From NCBI RefSeq assembly GCF_037042905.1, contig NC_087245.1, positions 26,290,001 to 26,354,000 on the forward strand: a DNA stretch of 64,000 nt, read 5' to 3'. This document shows positions 1 to 13,897 of this stretch, piece by piece. A program made the position numbers and the translations under genes. The notes under the pieces are model-generated. The model had not been told where the DNA came from. It made no database searches and saw only the letters and a program-made list of their open reading frames with translations. Numbering within the stretch: position 1 is the first letter of the stretch; each line of letters starts with the position of its first letter. The stretch is from Lytechinus pictus (taxonomy: Eukaryota).

Positions 1-175
1 GTAATGTGAACTTTTACACTGAACTTCAAAGAAAATAATTTCACTTCATAGTTAATGCGAAATGTGATTAGATGAAAAATTATGCCTTAGTTTGATTATG
101 TGGTATAAGATGGGCGTAAGTGATGTATTTTTTAAACAAGTTTCATTTTAGAATACACACTATTCTTTGATTTAG

Positions 176-3100
176 TTGAGGGTTCACGCAGAGAGATACA
201 AGGAGCTTCTAGACCAGAGAGCTAAACAATTCCGAGCCATCCAGAGGAGACTTCTGACCAGGTTTAAGGATAAGACCCCATCACCTCTCAATAATCTTGA
301 TACATTATTGGAAGGAACCTATAGACAGGTGAACAAATAGTCCTCATTCAACTTTATCTTAGTTCCTCAGTCATAGATTGTATGATTACTAAAGTAAACA
401 TACTAGAAAGTAACTCTTGGTTTATCAACACTTCACTATTCTAGAGGCCTGAAAATATCTATTGTTGTGGAGAGGGAAAACAAAATGTCTCATGAATCAA
501 ATTACTATTAAACTTTTAAATTCTGTTTTTGAAAGTAACATCTACCTCCCTGTGGGTATCATGTATGCACCATGAGTGAAAATAGGAATGCTCCCATAGG
601 ACAATCCGATATCATGACTGCTCCCTTCAGCTACAAGAACCTAAAGACAAGCTATTTATATAAATAGATGAATAAATGAGATACAATGATGATAACATTG
701 TAGGAAAAGAAAATGAGTAAATTGATAAAAAGTAAATAAATAACAAATATGTAAGTAAAAAATAAAACTAAAACAATAAGAAAGTAGCAAATAAACAAAA
801 GATGAATAATAATTGAATAAAGATAAGAAACAAAATAATACATTAAAAATTACCAAATTAACTGGTTTGAATAGAAGTGAAAATAAAAAATGCTTTATGT
901 CCTTATCAGAGAATATGATTTTCAATACATGGTTTCCTTTTTCCTACGTAGATATTGAAATTAGCTGAAGGCGTGGATGAAAATCAAAAGGCTCTAGTTC
1001 GCTGCTCCATGGGTCTGAGCTGTGCCACTAGTATAATTACCACTCTTCTTGCTCTTGCTCATGGGTTCAGCGAATCAGAGAAAGAGATCTTGGATGCTAG
1101 TCTGTCTTCACAAGTACAGTGTGAAGGGGATCAGGTAAGTAGAGAGTGCAGTTGTCATAATGGTGATGATGATGAAAAAAGAGAACTTGATAAAACAGGG
1201 GTTAGTACTGATATCATTTTAAATGAACTTGACCTAAGGTTAAGATTTCAAAGTTTCAAGATAGCGTTGTAATTATAAGTCTATTTTTTTAATCTTGGAT
1301 GTAATGATGAGTTTGATTATGATATCATAATCAGGTAACTGGGTCAAAGGTAATTTCAGGTCAGTTAATTTTGATAAGAACTGGTATTTTTTTATGATTT
1401 AAAAAATAGCCACAAAAGACAGGTTTTTGCTATACACAGGTGGTCGCAAAGACAGATTTGACTGTATATATATTTTTTTCCTATAATTCTTTTATTTACA
1501 AAAGGGTTGGGAGGAAACGGTAGATGCATCCATCATCAATCTTCTGAAAACCTGCTTGGCTAAATCAGCCAAAGACCAAGCGATTAATCCAGCCCCACTG
1601 ACCTTGACACCGGATACAACCAAGCTCAAGAAACATATCATGCAGGTCACAGAGAAACTTGCAAAAGGTTCCCGGCTCCATGTCGAAGGACAGGCACAGG
1701 GTATGTACAATACAAGAGTGTTTCTTGTGGATTCTACGTTCTGTGGCATTAAATCGTAAATTGTTATTATAGTTGTTGCTGTTATTATCATTAATGCTCA
1801 AATATTTGATAAAAATACCTTAAATCAGGGCAAATTGCCTCAAATGAGGGAAAAATCAGGGAATTTTGATTAGCTATTAAGTCAAAAGCACATTATTCAG
1901 TCAGACTCTGTTATATTTTGTTGCATATCAAAACATCCATTGAATGACTGGTTATGGTGGTACTAACTAGTTTAACATTATTTTTATACTGAAAATACAT
2001 GTAATTCACTGCAACAACTTAGAAAACATGCGAAACTGGGAATGGGTTTTGATAATTATCAGGAAATTTTAAAACTTTATCAGGGAAAAATCAGGGAAAA
2101 CAAAGAAATTTTGTTTTCTTGAAAAGCTGGGAACCCTGCATTATGCTCTATGCAAACTGTGAATACCAAAGGTATGTGCCTGCTGACTAACCAACAACTG
2201 TCTTGTTTTGTGTGTATATAGGTGAGAGGGATTCTTCAGTTGGGCACTCACATTCAAATTCTACATCCGAGAGCAATGATTTCTTTGATGAGGAACCTGC
2301 ATCTACTAATAACAGGTATGTTTTTTTTATTTGTGTTAATGCAACCCCTCCCATCCCAAATAAAGAAAGTACACTATTGAAAGGCAGATCTTTGCATCTT
2401 TTGGACTGACTCTAAAACCGATTATAACGGGCCCGTTGCATAAAACTTTGCCATAAACAAATCTGGCAAACAACCAAAAACTCTGGCAAAAAACAATTAT
2501 GCCATTGACATTAACACTTTAAAAAAAAATTCTGGCAACTTTTTTGCCATAGTTTTTCTTTTATGCAACAGGCCGCAGGTATTCTCTAAATGGAAATTTT
2601 ACTGTGATCTACCCTGATCAGAAAATACCAAGGAGTTTCGCTAGTGTGATATCAAATTACTTGTTATATTCTCAAACAAAATATGTGCTATATAGTGCAC
2701 GTAGGTACTTACCAAATTGACAAGAACTTTCTCTCAAATTTTTCCAAGGTTGCAAGTGGTGTTCTTGCAGTGTCAAAGCAAATTTCACATCCCTGCAAAT
2801 AGCTGAGCTTGGGTGCTGATTACTGCTTCCATGATATGTCATGTCAGTAGAAAAAATTGTCAGATAGAATTAACGTCCTTGTCTTTTCTTATGAATAAGA
2901 AGTAAGAAAAAAATCTTTATGAGAGAGAATTTGTTTAAGGAAATGAAAAATTGAATTCCATTACAAGTAGTTTTCCTGTCGGTAATGAGCAAATATTCTT
3001 TCAATACTTGTTGTATATAGGTCATCGATAGAATCCAAGCCAGCACCGATGGCATCCCAGCCACAAGCACCACCCTACGATGCAGCTGCACCACCAGATC

Positions 3101-4175
3101 GTACATCCTTAACAGATGGTACACCGTCCAGCAATGGACTAGGAGGACCAGCCCTCGCATCACCCAGAAGCCAGGGTCTGCTGGGTGATCTACCGGCTAT
3201 GGGAGGCATTGGGGTGCGTGGGGGCTCATCCCTACCATCCCTTGGTGGAGCACCAGGTCAGTAGCATGGCAAATTAAGATGCTTCTTAAAGGGAAATAAC
3301 AATTTTGGGAATTAAATGATGTAAGTGAAAGAATGAGAAGAAGGTGGGAGGGGGGGACAGAGTGTTGAAAGTTGAAAGGTAATCAGACAACAAATAAGAA
3401 AGTTATGGCTGTGCAAAAATTGGGATCACTAAAAATATGTACCCATAAATGTAAAGTTGGAAGGGACTACTTTTACATATGTCCTGCACATAATTATCAG
3501 TTTTTTTGTCCCCATCCTCTTCCCTGGGTCAATAATAGATAACCTTCTACATCTCATATACTCATTAACTCATATATTTCCCACCAATATCAATTGTACT
3601 GTGTCAGCCTTAAATCCTGGAATGATTTGCCACTCACATTTAGAAGGTCTCCATTACTGGTAATTTTCTAAAGGCATAAAAAATCCATCACTTTTGTAGT
3701 TTGTAATTTTAAGATTATCTATTTCCATTTAACTAATTCATTGTAAGCATTTCTGGGCAAAATGGGGAAAAGCGCACTATAAGTGCTATAATGATAATTA
3801 AAAGTCCAGGGGCACATTTCATAAAGAGTTGCTATGATAGCAACTCTTGCTGGAATATCACCTTTCATTGGAAGAGACAATCACAAAACTGAATTTTCTC
3901 TGTTGCATTAGAAGTTGGCCTTCCATCAAGACTTGCTAGCTTAGCAACTTTTCTTGAAATGGGGCCCAAAAAAAGATGACAGTTAATCAATTTTTTTTAA
4001 ATTATTCTCTGATTTTTTTTCAGCAGGTGGTTCTTCGTTTCCTGCTCTGCAACCAATCAAAAAGAAGAAGAAGAAAAAGAAGAAGTCTTCAAAACCTCGT
4101 GACGACGATGATTTGAGTGATGACACAGATCTAAGCAGCATGGGACGGTCCTCTCCTGACTCTATTGTCTTATAG
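176..4175 (+). CDS. BBS9: Bardet-Biedl syndrome 9 / PTHB1 (BBSome core subunit), 3' part of the gene; 5' exons lie outside the window
   Basis: Exons 176-328, 952-1134, 1505-1700, 2222-2315, 3021-3256 and 4024-4175 (TAG), all with GT-AG introns and compatible phases. Translation LRVHAERYKELLDQRAKQFRAIQRRLLTRFKDKTPSPLNNLDTLLEGTYRQILKLAEGVDENQ...GWEETVDASIINLLKTCLAKSAKDQ matches the recalled BBS9 C-terminal region (QFRAIQRRLLARFKDKTPAPL, GWEE). Confidence 0.93.
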
Positions 4176-7034
4176 AATATTGAAATGGTGAACATCTGAG
4201 CCAATAATTCAAATAGATTTCAATCTTTGAAACGGCGGTTCCTTATCACCCTTATTCATTCCTTGTTCTTGTTCTTTTTTTTTCTTTTTTTAAAATAAAC
4301 ACATGCACACATTTTTACCATCGATGCATAGAGCATTTTCATTTATTTGATTAAAGATAACAAGAGCCATGTACGGTATTTGCTTAGGGGCATAAAGGGC
4401 TGTGTCGGGAATCAAACCGTTGACTTTCATGTGCGTGTCGGGTGCCTAAGACCACTTGGCCACTGGAAAAACGTGTAAATGTATGAGTGATATTTTAAAT
4501 GTAAGACTCGTGTTACATATTTTAGGGGAGGGATTTTCAAATCGTGAAAATCTTCGCCGATGTTTGGAAGCAATATGGAATGATCCATTTATCTAACTGC
4601 CATTTTGATTTCATTCTTGACCTCTCTTGTTTAGAATATATAGAGAATGTATACAACAAAATTAATCCTACTCCATGGAAAAATACTGGGAAATTGAAAT
4701 TACTTGCAAATCAGTTGAACACATTTAACTATCATATACACATGAGTGCAGTTTTAAATTTCTCCTATGCTCAAGTATTGATGCATGTCATTGTTAAAAA
4801 AGTGATGCTAGGACTTATTTGTTCCCTTGTAGATTTTAGACTTTGTTGATCTAGACCTTGGGATTTAAATTTCCTGAAGGCTTTTGGGGTTCTTGCTGGT
4901 TAATACGCAGGGTACTGTTTCCTGGTAGTTGTGAGCGCTAACACCGTGTCATTATCAGACAGCTTCTCGGCCAGTCAAGACCAAGGGAAGTCGTTTGATC
5001 TTACAAGTGCTTTGCAGAAATGATATTTGACATGCAATCTTATTGATTGATAAACCGTAGAGCATGTCCAATGAGTGTGATCTGGCCAATGCAGTGATGT
5101 GTTGCATAATAATAACAAATAATCCTAGTAAGTATGTCCAATGTCCTGCATAATTTTCCATCACTTCCTAAAAATGTCTGCCCAAGGTTTTTAGGACCAT
5201 TAACTACTGCCCTTAGTCTTCATTTCACCTTCTTAAAATTAAAAAACACAATACAACCATTTTTTTTTTTCAAAAATCTTAAATGAAAATATTGAAAAAT
5301 TTTGATAAATTTCATCACTTCATAGTTGTATTCCTTGATTTCTCTAAAAAAATTATTAGAGAGAATGTTGTGCAGTGGCTTTTATTTTACAGATTGAGTG
5401 CAATTTTTAGTGTAAATGATTAAGATATTAACTTGTCAAATGCAGATTACGATAGGGAAAATGTTTTTTTTTTCTTTGAAATTCAGATACTGTCCTCAGA
5501 GGATTTTGGGGTATCCTTTATGAAAATAGTGAGTGTCAATTCACTGGTGCGTGAAATATAATTGCACCTAATAAAGGTAGGTACCCTGTTGAAATAAAAC
5601 AAAATGAATAAATGAAATACTGTAACTAATAGTAATCATGCAATGTATAACGCACATATTTTAACACTCTGCAGCATGACCAAGGTTTTGCATCATTTGT
5701 TGATGTTGTTGCAATTTAGATTTGTTGTTGCAATTTAGATTTGCCAATGATAACAAATTATCTGTATTGGGGTTTTTTAAATGGGATGAATTTTAAATTG
5801 AGATACGTAAGATCATTTCATTACCAAATTTTCACTTTTAAGATAAGACATTTTAAAGCCTTCATGTTGTGATATGAATTGATAAATTACACAATACAAT
5901 ATACATACCATACAAAAAAGTGTTTTGTGGCCTTATGGTTGTGGATTGTCTTATTGTCTCATTTTCTTTCTTGCAGATCAACTTCAAACTTGGTCCAAGT
6001 ATAAGACTATAGTATAAGTATGCATGTAGGAATGATGTAGTAGTGGTTTTTTTTTCAGGTCATGGGTCAAAGGTCATTTACCTGAAAATATTTTATTCTT
6101 GCTATAATATTTGAGGGATCAAATTCAAACTTGGCTCATGTATGCATATTGGAGCACATGGGGGCAGCAATCATCTGATGGGGTCTTAAGGTCAAAAGTC
6201 ACACACGTCATTGTATATTCTCTCTTCTGTTTCCTCATGTTGAGGCTGAATATATGAAGTATCGTAAGTTGTAAATTTCTTAAAATGTAGGGGGTTTTCT
6301 ATTCAAAGTTATATTTGTATTGCAAACCGTTTTGTAAAAAATTATTTTGTTGTATGAAGTGATTAGAAAACAATAAGATACATTGTTTACAAACCATAAA
6401 GAAATGGTATCAAGATGTGCCTATGAGAGACACTGTCTTAAATTGATGTTTTTATGTCAATAATCATGTACTGATCATATGTGATCAAAGTATAGTTGCA
6501 GTAGCCTAGATAAAAGATTCTTTAGGGGCAATTCTATTAGGTATGTACATTCGACCTATGTGTGGAACCTTACAAAAATGATTTGTCTCTCGTTTTCTAG
6601 TTCTTATGAAAGGTTTTAATGCTCTCAAGTTATTACGGCTTGATCTGAGTCTTTTTTTTCATGAAGACTTGTCATGATAACAAATTCTGTAACAAATTAA
6701 CTATATCAGCCAATCAGATTGAATGATTTTAGCAGCTTTTAACTGTTATGGCACATTTGTTATCGTAACAAGTTTTATGAAACGGGGCCCAGTTCATTGT
6801 GTGAAGTAAATATGGGAGAAATAGGGATGGGATGTACAATAAAGGTTGATTATTTTATGATTGAAGACGCTGTCTTACCTGAAGAAACTTGTTATCGTTG
6901 TTCATTTTGATTTATTTGAGAAATGGCATATGTTGATAAAACCCACTAAGACCAGTGCAAACGGTGCAATCAAAGAAATATTGGGCTTGTCCACTATCTT
7001 CTTTATCTGAAGGATTATTTGACAACCGGTGGCA

Positions 7035-8215
7035 TTTTTGTCTCGCCTGCATAGCAGAGCGAGATAAGACTATAGGCGCCGCTTTTCCGACGGCGGCGGC
7101 GTCAACATCAAATCTTAACCTAAGGTTAAGTTTTTGAAATGACATCATAACTTAGAAAGTATATGGACCTAGTTCATGAAACTTGGACATAAGGTTTATC
7201 AAGTATTACTGAACATCCTGCCTGAGTTTCAGGTCACATGACCAAGGTCAAAGGTCATTTAGGGTCAATGAACTTAGACCATGTTGGGAAAATTATTTTC
7301 AAAATCTTAACCGAAGGTTAAGTTTTTGAAATGACATCATAACTTAGAAAGTATATGGACCTAGTTCATGAAACTTGGGCATAAGGTTAATCAAGTATTA
7401 GTGAACATCCTGCTTGAGTTTCAGGTCACGTGACCAAGGTCAAAGGTCATTTAGGGTCAATGAACTTTGGTCAAGTTGGGGGTATTTGTTGAATTACTAT
7501 CATAACTTTGAAAATTTATGGATCTAGTCCATGAAACTTGGACATTAGGTTAATCAAGTACCACTGAATATCCTGTGCGAGTTTCAGGTCACATGACCAT
7601 GGTCAATGGTCATTTAAGGTCAATGAACTTTGGCCGTGTTGGGGGTATATGTTAAATTACCATCCTAGCTCTGAAAGTTTATGGATCTAGTTCATAAAAC
7701 TTGGACATAAGAGTAATCAAGTATCACTGAACATCCTGTACGAGTTTCAGGTCACATGACCATGGTCAAAGGTCATTAAAGGTCAATGAACTTTGGCCGT
7801 GTTGGGGGTATTTGTTGAATTACCATCCTAACTCTGAAAGTTTATGGATCTAGTTCATAAAACTTGGGATATAAGAGTAATCAAGCATCACTGAACATCC
7901 CCTGTGAGTTTCAGGTCACAAAACCAAGTCAAAGGTCAGTTAAGGTCAATAAACTTAGGCCATGTTGGGGTAATTGTTGAAGTGCCATCATAACTTTGAA
8001 AGTTTATGGATAGAGTGAATGAAATGTGGACATGGGTGTAGTTGACAGTCTTAAGTCTCCGTTCAAATGTCATTTATGGTCAATGAATGTGGTATTATGT
8101 CATTATATGAATGATGTTTTTGTGAATGATTATTTTATAGTAGTTTTCAAAGTTAGCACTGCTGCTATATTAAATTGCGTAATGCAGGCGAGACTGCCAG
8201 AGGCGTTCCACTTGT
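7035..8215 (+). mobile_element. Non-autonomous Helentron (HINE/DINE-1-like) element with an internal ~163-bp tandem array
   Basis: Starts in a T-run. 13-bp subterminal inverted repeats GTCTCGCCTGCAT (7040-7052) and ATGCAGGCGAGAC (8182-8194). A 5' hairpin and short (GGC)n follow the first repeat, and a short 3' hairpin precedes cacttgt. About 5 tandem units are anchored by ttcaggtcac at ~7228, 7420, 7583, 7746 and 7910. Confidence 0.75.
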
Positions 8216-9286
8216 CTAAATCAACTTTGACAAATAAAACCAGCTTGCTTGATGGAAAGTGAATGGCAGAGGAAAGCTTTCATGACTTTGTTTTTTCAAT
8301 TGTGTTATTTTGTCAAATTTGAATAGATGGTTATTTTGTGTATATTTGTATGATCTTCTTAAGTTATTGATACACTCGCCCATGTATTCATGTGTTCAAG
8401 TTAGACTCTATTTCTTTACTTGGACCCCCTTTTCCTTTCTTACTTTAATTTCCACCTTTTTTATGTTCTCTCTTTCTCCCTTTTCCCCCTCTTCATCTTG
8501 TCTCCATTCCTTTGTATTCGTTTACCTTCTTATATTTATGTATAGTTTAATGTTATGATTATTTGTCAATCCTGTACTGTTTTGCTGTTTTTGTATTTAT
8601 TATGAATCAAATTGTGATTTATATGTATATTGTGATTATTCCTAGAGTCAACAATTATAATGAATAAATAGATACTTTGACAAAAGACCTTAACTCTTCA
8701 GGGTTAAATCTTGTTTTAATTTATTGTCATATCAGATGAATCTAATAAGTAATATGATTACTTTGAAATGTGAATAAATCAGAAATTGCTATAGTTGCAA
8801 TTAATTTCTTCCTTGTCGTTTTTTAAGCCTTTTTTTTATTTTTGGTAAATCCCCTTATGAGTGAAAGTCATTTCTAGATGATGTTAATACGTATGCACTA
8901 TAACAGACATGATGTGTAGGATCTGAAATGTGTATATATTGATATTGGATGAATTTTTCAATTTTACATGAAACATTTTTTATATTGGGTGCCTGATCAT
9001 TTTTTTTTTTGGTTAATTCAAAACCTATTCTATAGCATGGAATGGTCTAATAATTTCAGGATGCAACCTTGTATTGTTATCAGGTATACAATATGCACCC
9101 GATAAGATCTGATCTGGTGACAAGTTCAGTTCCCGGCATTACGTAGGAAATGTTCACATCTAGTAATTACACTATTACAGAATTGAATTCAAATATTAAA
9201 ATGATATAATCTTTATGAACTCAATTTCTTCCTTGGAATCTATTGAAGCCGTATGAAAATTGACACATGAAAACATCATTTACATA

Positions 9287-10772
9287 CAGTGGTGGCCAAA
9301 CATTAGATCACCTGGCATACTTAGGAAATTTTAGTTCTCAGTGAACCATTGAAAATTTGAAATGCCTATAAATGGTTTGAATATCTACAGCAAACATGCT
9401 TTATAAATAATAGAATATAGTCATCATAGCAATAGTTCAGTCAAAAGACCAGTTCGGTAATGTAAATAATTAAATTTTATGCATTCCATTCAGACAAAGG
9501 TTCTTGAAAAACAGCAAGCTTGCCAGACACAGCAACAAATAATGTATGCAAACTCCATCCCAAGCACTGACGGGCTCATTTATATAAAGCAGGTTAGTGG
9601 AATAGCTCGTCACTAGGTGCACTGAGAAGAAATGTGCATAAAGTTGTGTACTTTACCCTAAAAATAGTTGAACCTATTTTACAGATGGTGCCACACAATC
9701 ACATACCTGAAATGATAGTTTTGTAAAGAACTGTAGAGTTTTATTCTGTTGGATGTACAAAGCCTATCTAGTTCATTATGGGCCTGTAAGAATGAGAGTT
9801 TTGTCACCAAGGCTCTTACATGTAAATTGGAAGTCTCTAGAAGGCCTTGCAACACAAGTAGGGCTCTTCCTTGAACATGGCTAGGGTGAAGAAGGAGCTT
9901 ACAAATAAGGCACTGTTTGATGCTGGCCGGAGTTACCACCACATCGGCAAGGACTTGAAATGCAGTACAAGACTGCAACCCCATCAAGAAAATTTAGGGT
10001 GAATTGGAAAATAAACTGGACAGGTCTTGTGTACATTCAAAGGAAAGCCTGTGGCTTGAGTTGCAGAAGCCATAGGATGACATTAGTGTTGAACTTCTCA
10101 GGAAATATATTGACACGTCACACTATGGAAGGGAGGTGTGCTGCTGTAATTGCTGCAAAAGGTGGACAAACTTGTACAAAATGAAAGCAAAAAGTTCCAA
10201 AAACATTACAAATTGCATCAGCTGACAGTTGTTGTGCTGAGGAGCATCAATCTGCATGGATCTGTCAGGTAAGTTACGAAATGAAAACCATGTTTTGGAG
10301 GCAATAAATGTTGATATATTCAGATTTTTCAAGTGTCTCATTGGATAACCATCCTTTCAGATAGGGATTGTGTAAAATCATTGTCTTGAAATGGGCCGCT
10401 TGGGTAAAGTATTCAAATTTATGCGCTTTTCTTCACATCACATAGCAATGAGCTATGCCACTAACTTGCATATTATAAATGGGCCTCACTTTTTGGGATC
10501 AAATTTGCATACAATACTTGTTGCTATGTCTGGCAGGCTTACAGGTGGTCAAGAACATTGTTTGAAAGGAATGCATAAAATCTAAAAACATTACTGAACC
10601 GTAACTAGTATATTGACTTAACTCTACTTATGATAAATATATAGTTTATAAAGCATGATGATTTTTGTGGCATTCAAACCATTTTATAGGCATTTTAATG
10701 GCAAAATGAATGAGAACAACTAAAATCTTTTCAGTACTTGTATGCCAGGTGTAACTATTCCTTAACATACTG
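9287..10772 (+). mobile_element. Degenerate, internally deleted Tc1-family transposon
   Basis: TA|CAGT...ACTG|TA ends, ~220-bp diverged TIRs (cacctggcatac/gtatgccaggtg, gcctataaatggtttgaat/attcaaaccattttataggc) and a remnant of the Tc1 transposase C-terminus, MEGRCAAVIAAKGGQT, at ~10126-10175. Confidence 0.8.
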
Positions 10773-11023
10773 TAAATTGCACCATTTGCTCTAACACAAA
10801 TAGATAGTGGCAATATTTCATAACCTTTTCTTTGAAGTCTCCCTTAATTTTTGTGAACAAAGCCGTGACATGTGGGTATCGCAATGCAACACACTATTTG
10901 AAAATTTACTTTAAACAGGCATATTATGTGTAAAGAATGTGCATGACAAATATTGGGGAGCATGACCTGGCCACCCCCCTACATCCTCAATACCTCTGAA
11001 GTAGCCCAGTCTTTTGTGGTTAA

Positions 11024-11605
11024 AGGGATGGTCCGGGCTGAAAGTATTTATAGCTTAATAAATAGAGTAGAATTCACTGAGAAAAATGCCCAAAATTTCA
11101 TCAAAATCGGATAACAAATAACAAAGTTATTGAATTTTAAAGTTTAGCAATATTTGGGGAAAACAGTCGTCATGAATATTCATTAGGTGGGCTGATGATG
11201 TCACATCTCCACTTGTTCTTTTGTATTTTATTATATGAAATGAGGTTTATTCAAATTTTTTCCTCCAAGAAGTAGAAAAATTGGAATGACAACTGATTTA
11301 GTGCATTAGATATTTATTGCTGCAACTTATTTCATTATAAGGGAGACATGTTATTCACACAAGTATGAAATAATGAAAAAATTATGATTTTATGTAATAA
11401 CATAAGAAAACGGAAAGTGGAGATGTGACATCATCAGCCCACCTAATGAATATTCATGACGACTGTTTTCACCAAATATTGCTAAACTTTAAACTTCAAT
11501 AACTTTATTATTTGTTATCCGATTTTGATAAAATTTTCGGCATTTTGCTCAGTGAATTCTACTCTATGTATTAAGATATAAATATTTTCAGCCCGGACCA
11601 TCCCT
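11024..11605. mobile_element. Kolobok-type MITE (TTAA TSD, AG...CT termini, long TIRs)
   Basis: TTAA|AGGGATGGTCCGGGCTGAAA ... TTTCAGCCCGGACCATCCCT|TTAA, with TIRs of ~190 bp that are nearly identical. Confidence 0.85.
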
Positions 11606-11696
11606 TTAAGGGCAGTTTAGTAGTTTTGATTGGAAATTGCCAGTTGTCAGTGGTTGTATCACTTTACAGTTTCGATTTTGAACTCTGTTCGGTGAT

Positions 11697-11952
11697 ACAA
11701 TAATAGCTGGATTTATATAGCGCTTTTTGCCCGAGGATATAAAGTTCTTGCCATTATTACCCCGGCTTCAGCTCGAGCTACCATCACCGGCACTCAGTGC
11801 ATGCAAGGAATTAATCCTGCCGGGTACTTATTCACCTCACCTGGGTCGAGTGCAGCAGTGTGGATAATTTTCTTGCTGAACGAAAACACGCCATAGCTAA
11901 GATTCGAACCCACGACCCTCTGTTTGAAAGGTCAGAACCACTAGACCATGAT
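11697..11952 (-). mobile_element. tRNA-derived SINE with a Nin-like central domain
   Basis: The minus strand has a B box (GGTTCGAATC), the central gctgcactcgacccaggtgaggtgaa motif and an (ATT)n tail. It is homologous to 57110-57395. Confidence 0.75.
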
Positions 11953-12032
11953 GTAGTAGACTATTCCATTTGAATACAGAAAAATCACAAAACAAATCAC
12001 TCGATATGGCTTCTTTAGTGTTAAATCATTTT

Positions 12033-12038
12033 TTTATT
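12033..12038 (-). terminator. Candidate polyadenylation signal of DLGAP5 (implies a ~2.8 kb 3'UTR)
   Basis: AATAAA on the minus strand followed by a GT/T-rich tract (gtgatttgttttgtgatttttctg). Not verified by transcript data. Confidence 0.35.
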
Positions 12039-13421
12039 TACATATTTGGGTGTTTCATAGTCACAGATCATTTACATACTTTCTAAAATTAATAAGATAC
12101 AAAAGAGAATGATATAAATTTGTGCACGTTAAGAAGAAATATCAGGTATCAGTTATTAAAATGTACAGGAATACCCAAAGTAGGTTTTATCTCCATCAAA
12201 CGTTTATCAGATGAGTCTTGCAGCTGGGATGCTATGAACTCTCTGTCTAATACCAGCTGGGCTAATATCCAGATCGTCTAGATATTTTGAAGTTCAGTTT
12301 AACTCTATATTGCCTGGGCATTTTCAAAATTACCTGTACACATCCGGGGCGGGGTCCACGGTCCTCAGATCTCGGCCACTGAGTGCAGCGAAAATAAGCA
12401 TGCACTTCAGCAACAACGTAGTCTAATAAATTGTTCCTAAATGATGCAAAGTAAAAAATTATGTTACTCTATGCATGGAATTAGAACTTGGCTCTACACT
12501 TTATTGTTGTTAATTCATGTATTTCTGAGTTTTTCAACATTTTTGTGTTTATTGAATATCCGATGGAATTTGTTGGCAATACTTTCTGGATACTTAACAA
12601 TATAAAATTAGGCAAGCCATTTCAATGAGATGACTTTAATCATCAAAAGTAAAATGTTATGATTGGATTTGTTTAAAAAATCAAATTTTTGGAGCAATTT
12701 TGGGTCTGACACACACATTTACAAATGTTCTGTAATTTCAGAACTGCATACATGGGCATGGTAATTTTGGTTTCAAAAGTTGCACAAAAGGCCCCAGAGA
12801 AGGCTTTCCATGATACATATTTTATAATGCAAAATGGTCAGGGGGCAAGACTCTTAGCATTGTCTATGGGTTAGAAGGTAGTGGATAGGGGCGAAGTGAA
12901 AAATGGACCAGTCACCAAACTGGTAAATGGTCCAATTGGTATTCTCGCCAAGTGTTATAAAAGGTTTCAAAATGTTTGTAACAGATTGCATGAAAGTATT
13001 TTGACAGTTTTCACTATTCCAACAGTTTTTCTTGTCACAAAGAAATTGAATGTTGAATATGTTTCAAATTTCTTTGCAAATCATTCACTTGCATTAACCA
13101 GTTTGCACTAGCCTTCAGCTTTTGCAAATAGCCTTTGTAAATGTTGTCAGTGAATTTCTCTTTGATTCACCAATGCTAGCGACCACATGGCTCCTATATA
13201 AGATCAACCCAGCAGAAATTCATCTCAAATGTTTGGTAATAATTATTTGTCTGTTTCAATACAATTCTATTACCGTTTTGAATGTTGTGGAAACTCGTCG
13301 GATAAGTTGGTGAATCTGAACATGGCTACAGTCGCAGGCATATTTCCTCAGATTTTGGGATGGGACCAAGTGGGACTAATTACCTCTAATACTGTAGTAC
13401 TGAAATATTCAATGACAACTA

Positions 13422-13897
13422 AGACCCTTGTTACACCGTAATTCCTACCCGGGACCAGTCTCGGGGCGTCCCGAGACTGATGTCCAAAAAGTTGACCTAA
13501 ATTTTTGACCCCATATTACACCATAATCGTAACGAGTCTTGGGGCGCCCCGAGGCAGCTTTCTATGCGTTTACACCGAATTACCAAAGCTGTCCGAGATA
13601 GGTTTGGCATGGCGCCAAGCCCGCGCTGTGTTTGTTGTTTGGATAATCGTTCCACGTGTAGTGCATCAAGCGAACCTGTCTCAGACCAGTCTCGGGCAGG
13701 TTTGCGTTTACACCGAATCCAAAGCAGTCTTGGGGCACACCGAGACCGGTCTCGGAACACATCGCGAGTTGGTCCAAGATAGGTTTGCTCAGAAGGGGTC
13801 TCGGGTAGGTTTGTGCGTTTACACCGAATTAGAAACCTGCCTGAGGCTGGTCGGGGCGCCCAGAGACTACTTAGGAAATCTGGTATAACAGAGGTCT
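13422..13897. mobile_element. PIF/Harbinger-like MITE in the putative DLGAP5 3'UTR
   Basis: TIRs agacccttgttacacc / ggtataacagaggtct, TA(A) flanks and internal repeats of gcgtttacaccgaa. Confidence 0.65.

Noticed and set aside
652..925. Hydrophobic minus-strand ORFs in a BBS9 intron
   Set aside because: They derive from A-rich low-complexity sequence and are not coding.
4161..4175. BBS9 terminal SIVL as a CaaX prenylation signal after a poly-Lys tract
   Set aside because: There is no cysteine, and an acidic stretch separates the basic tract from the terminus.
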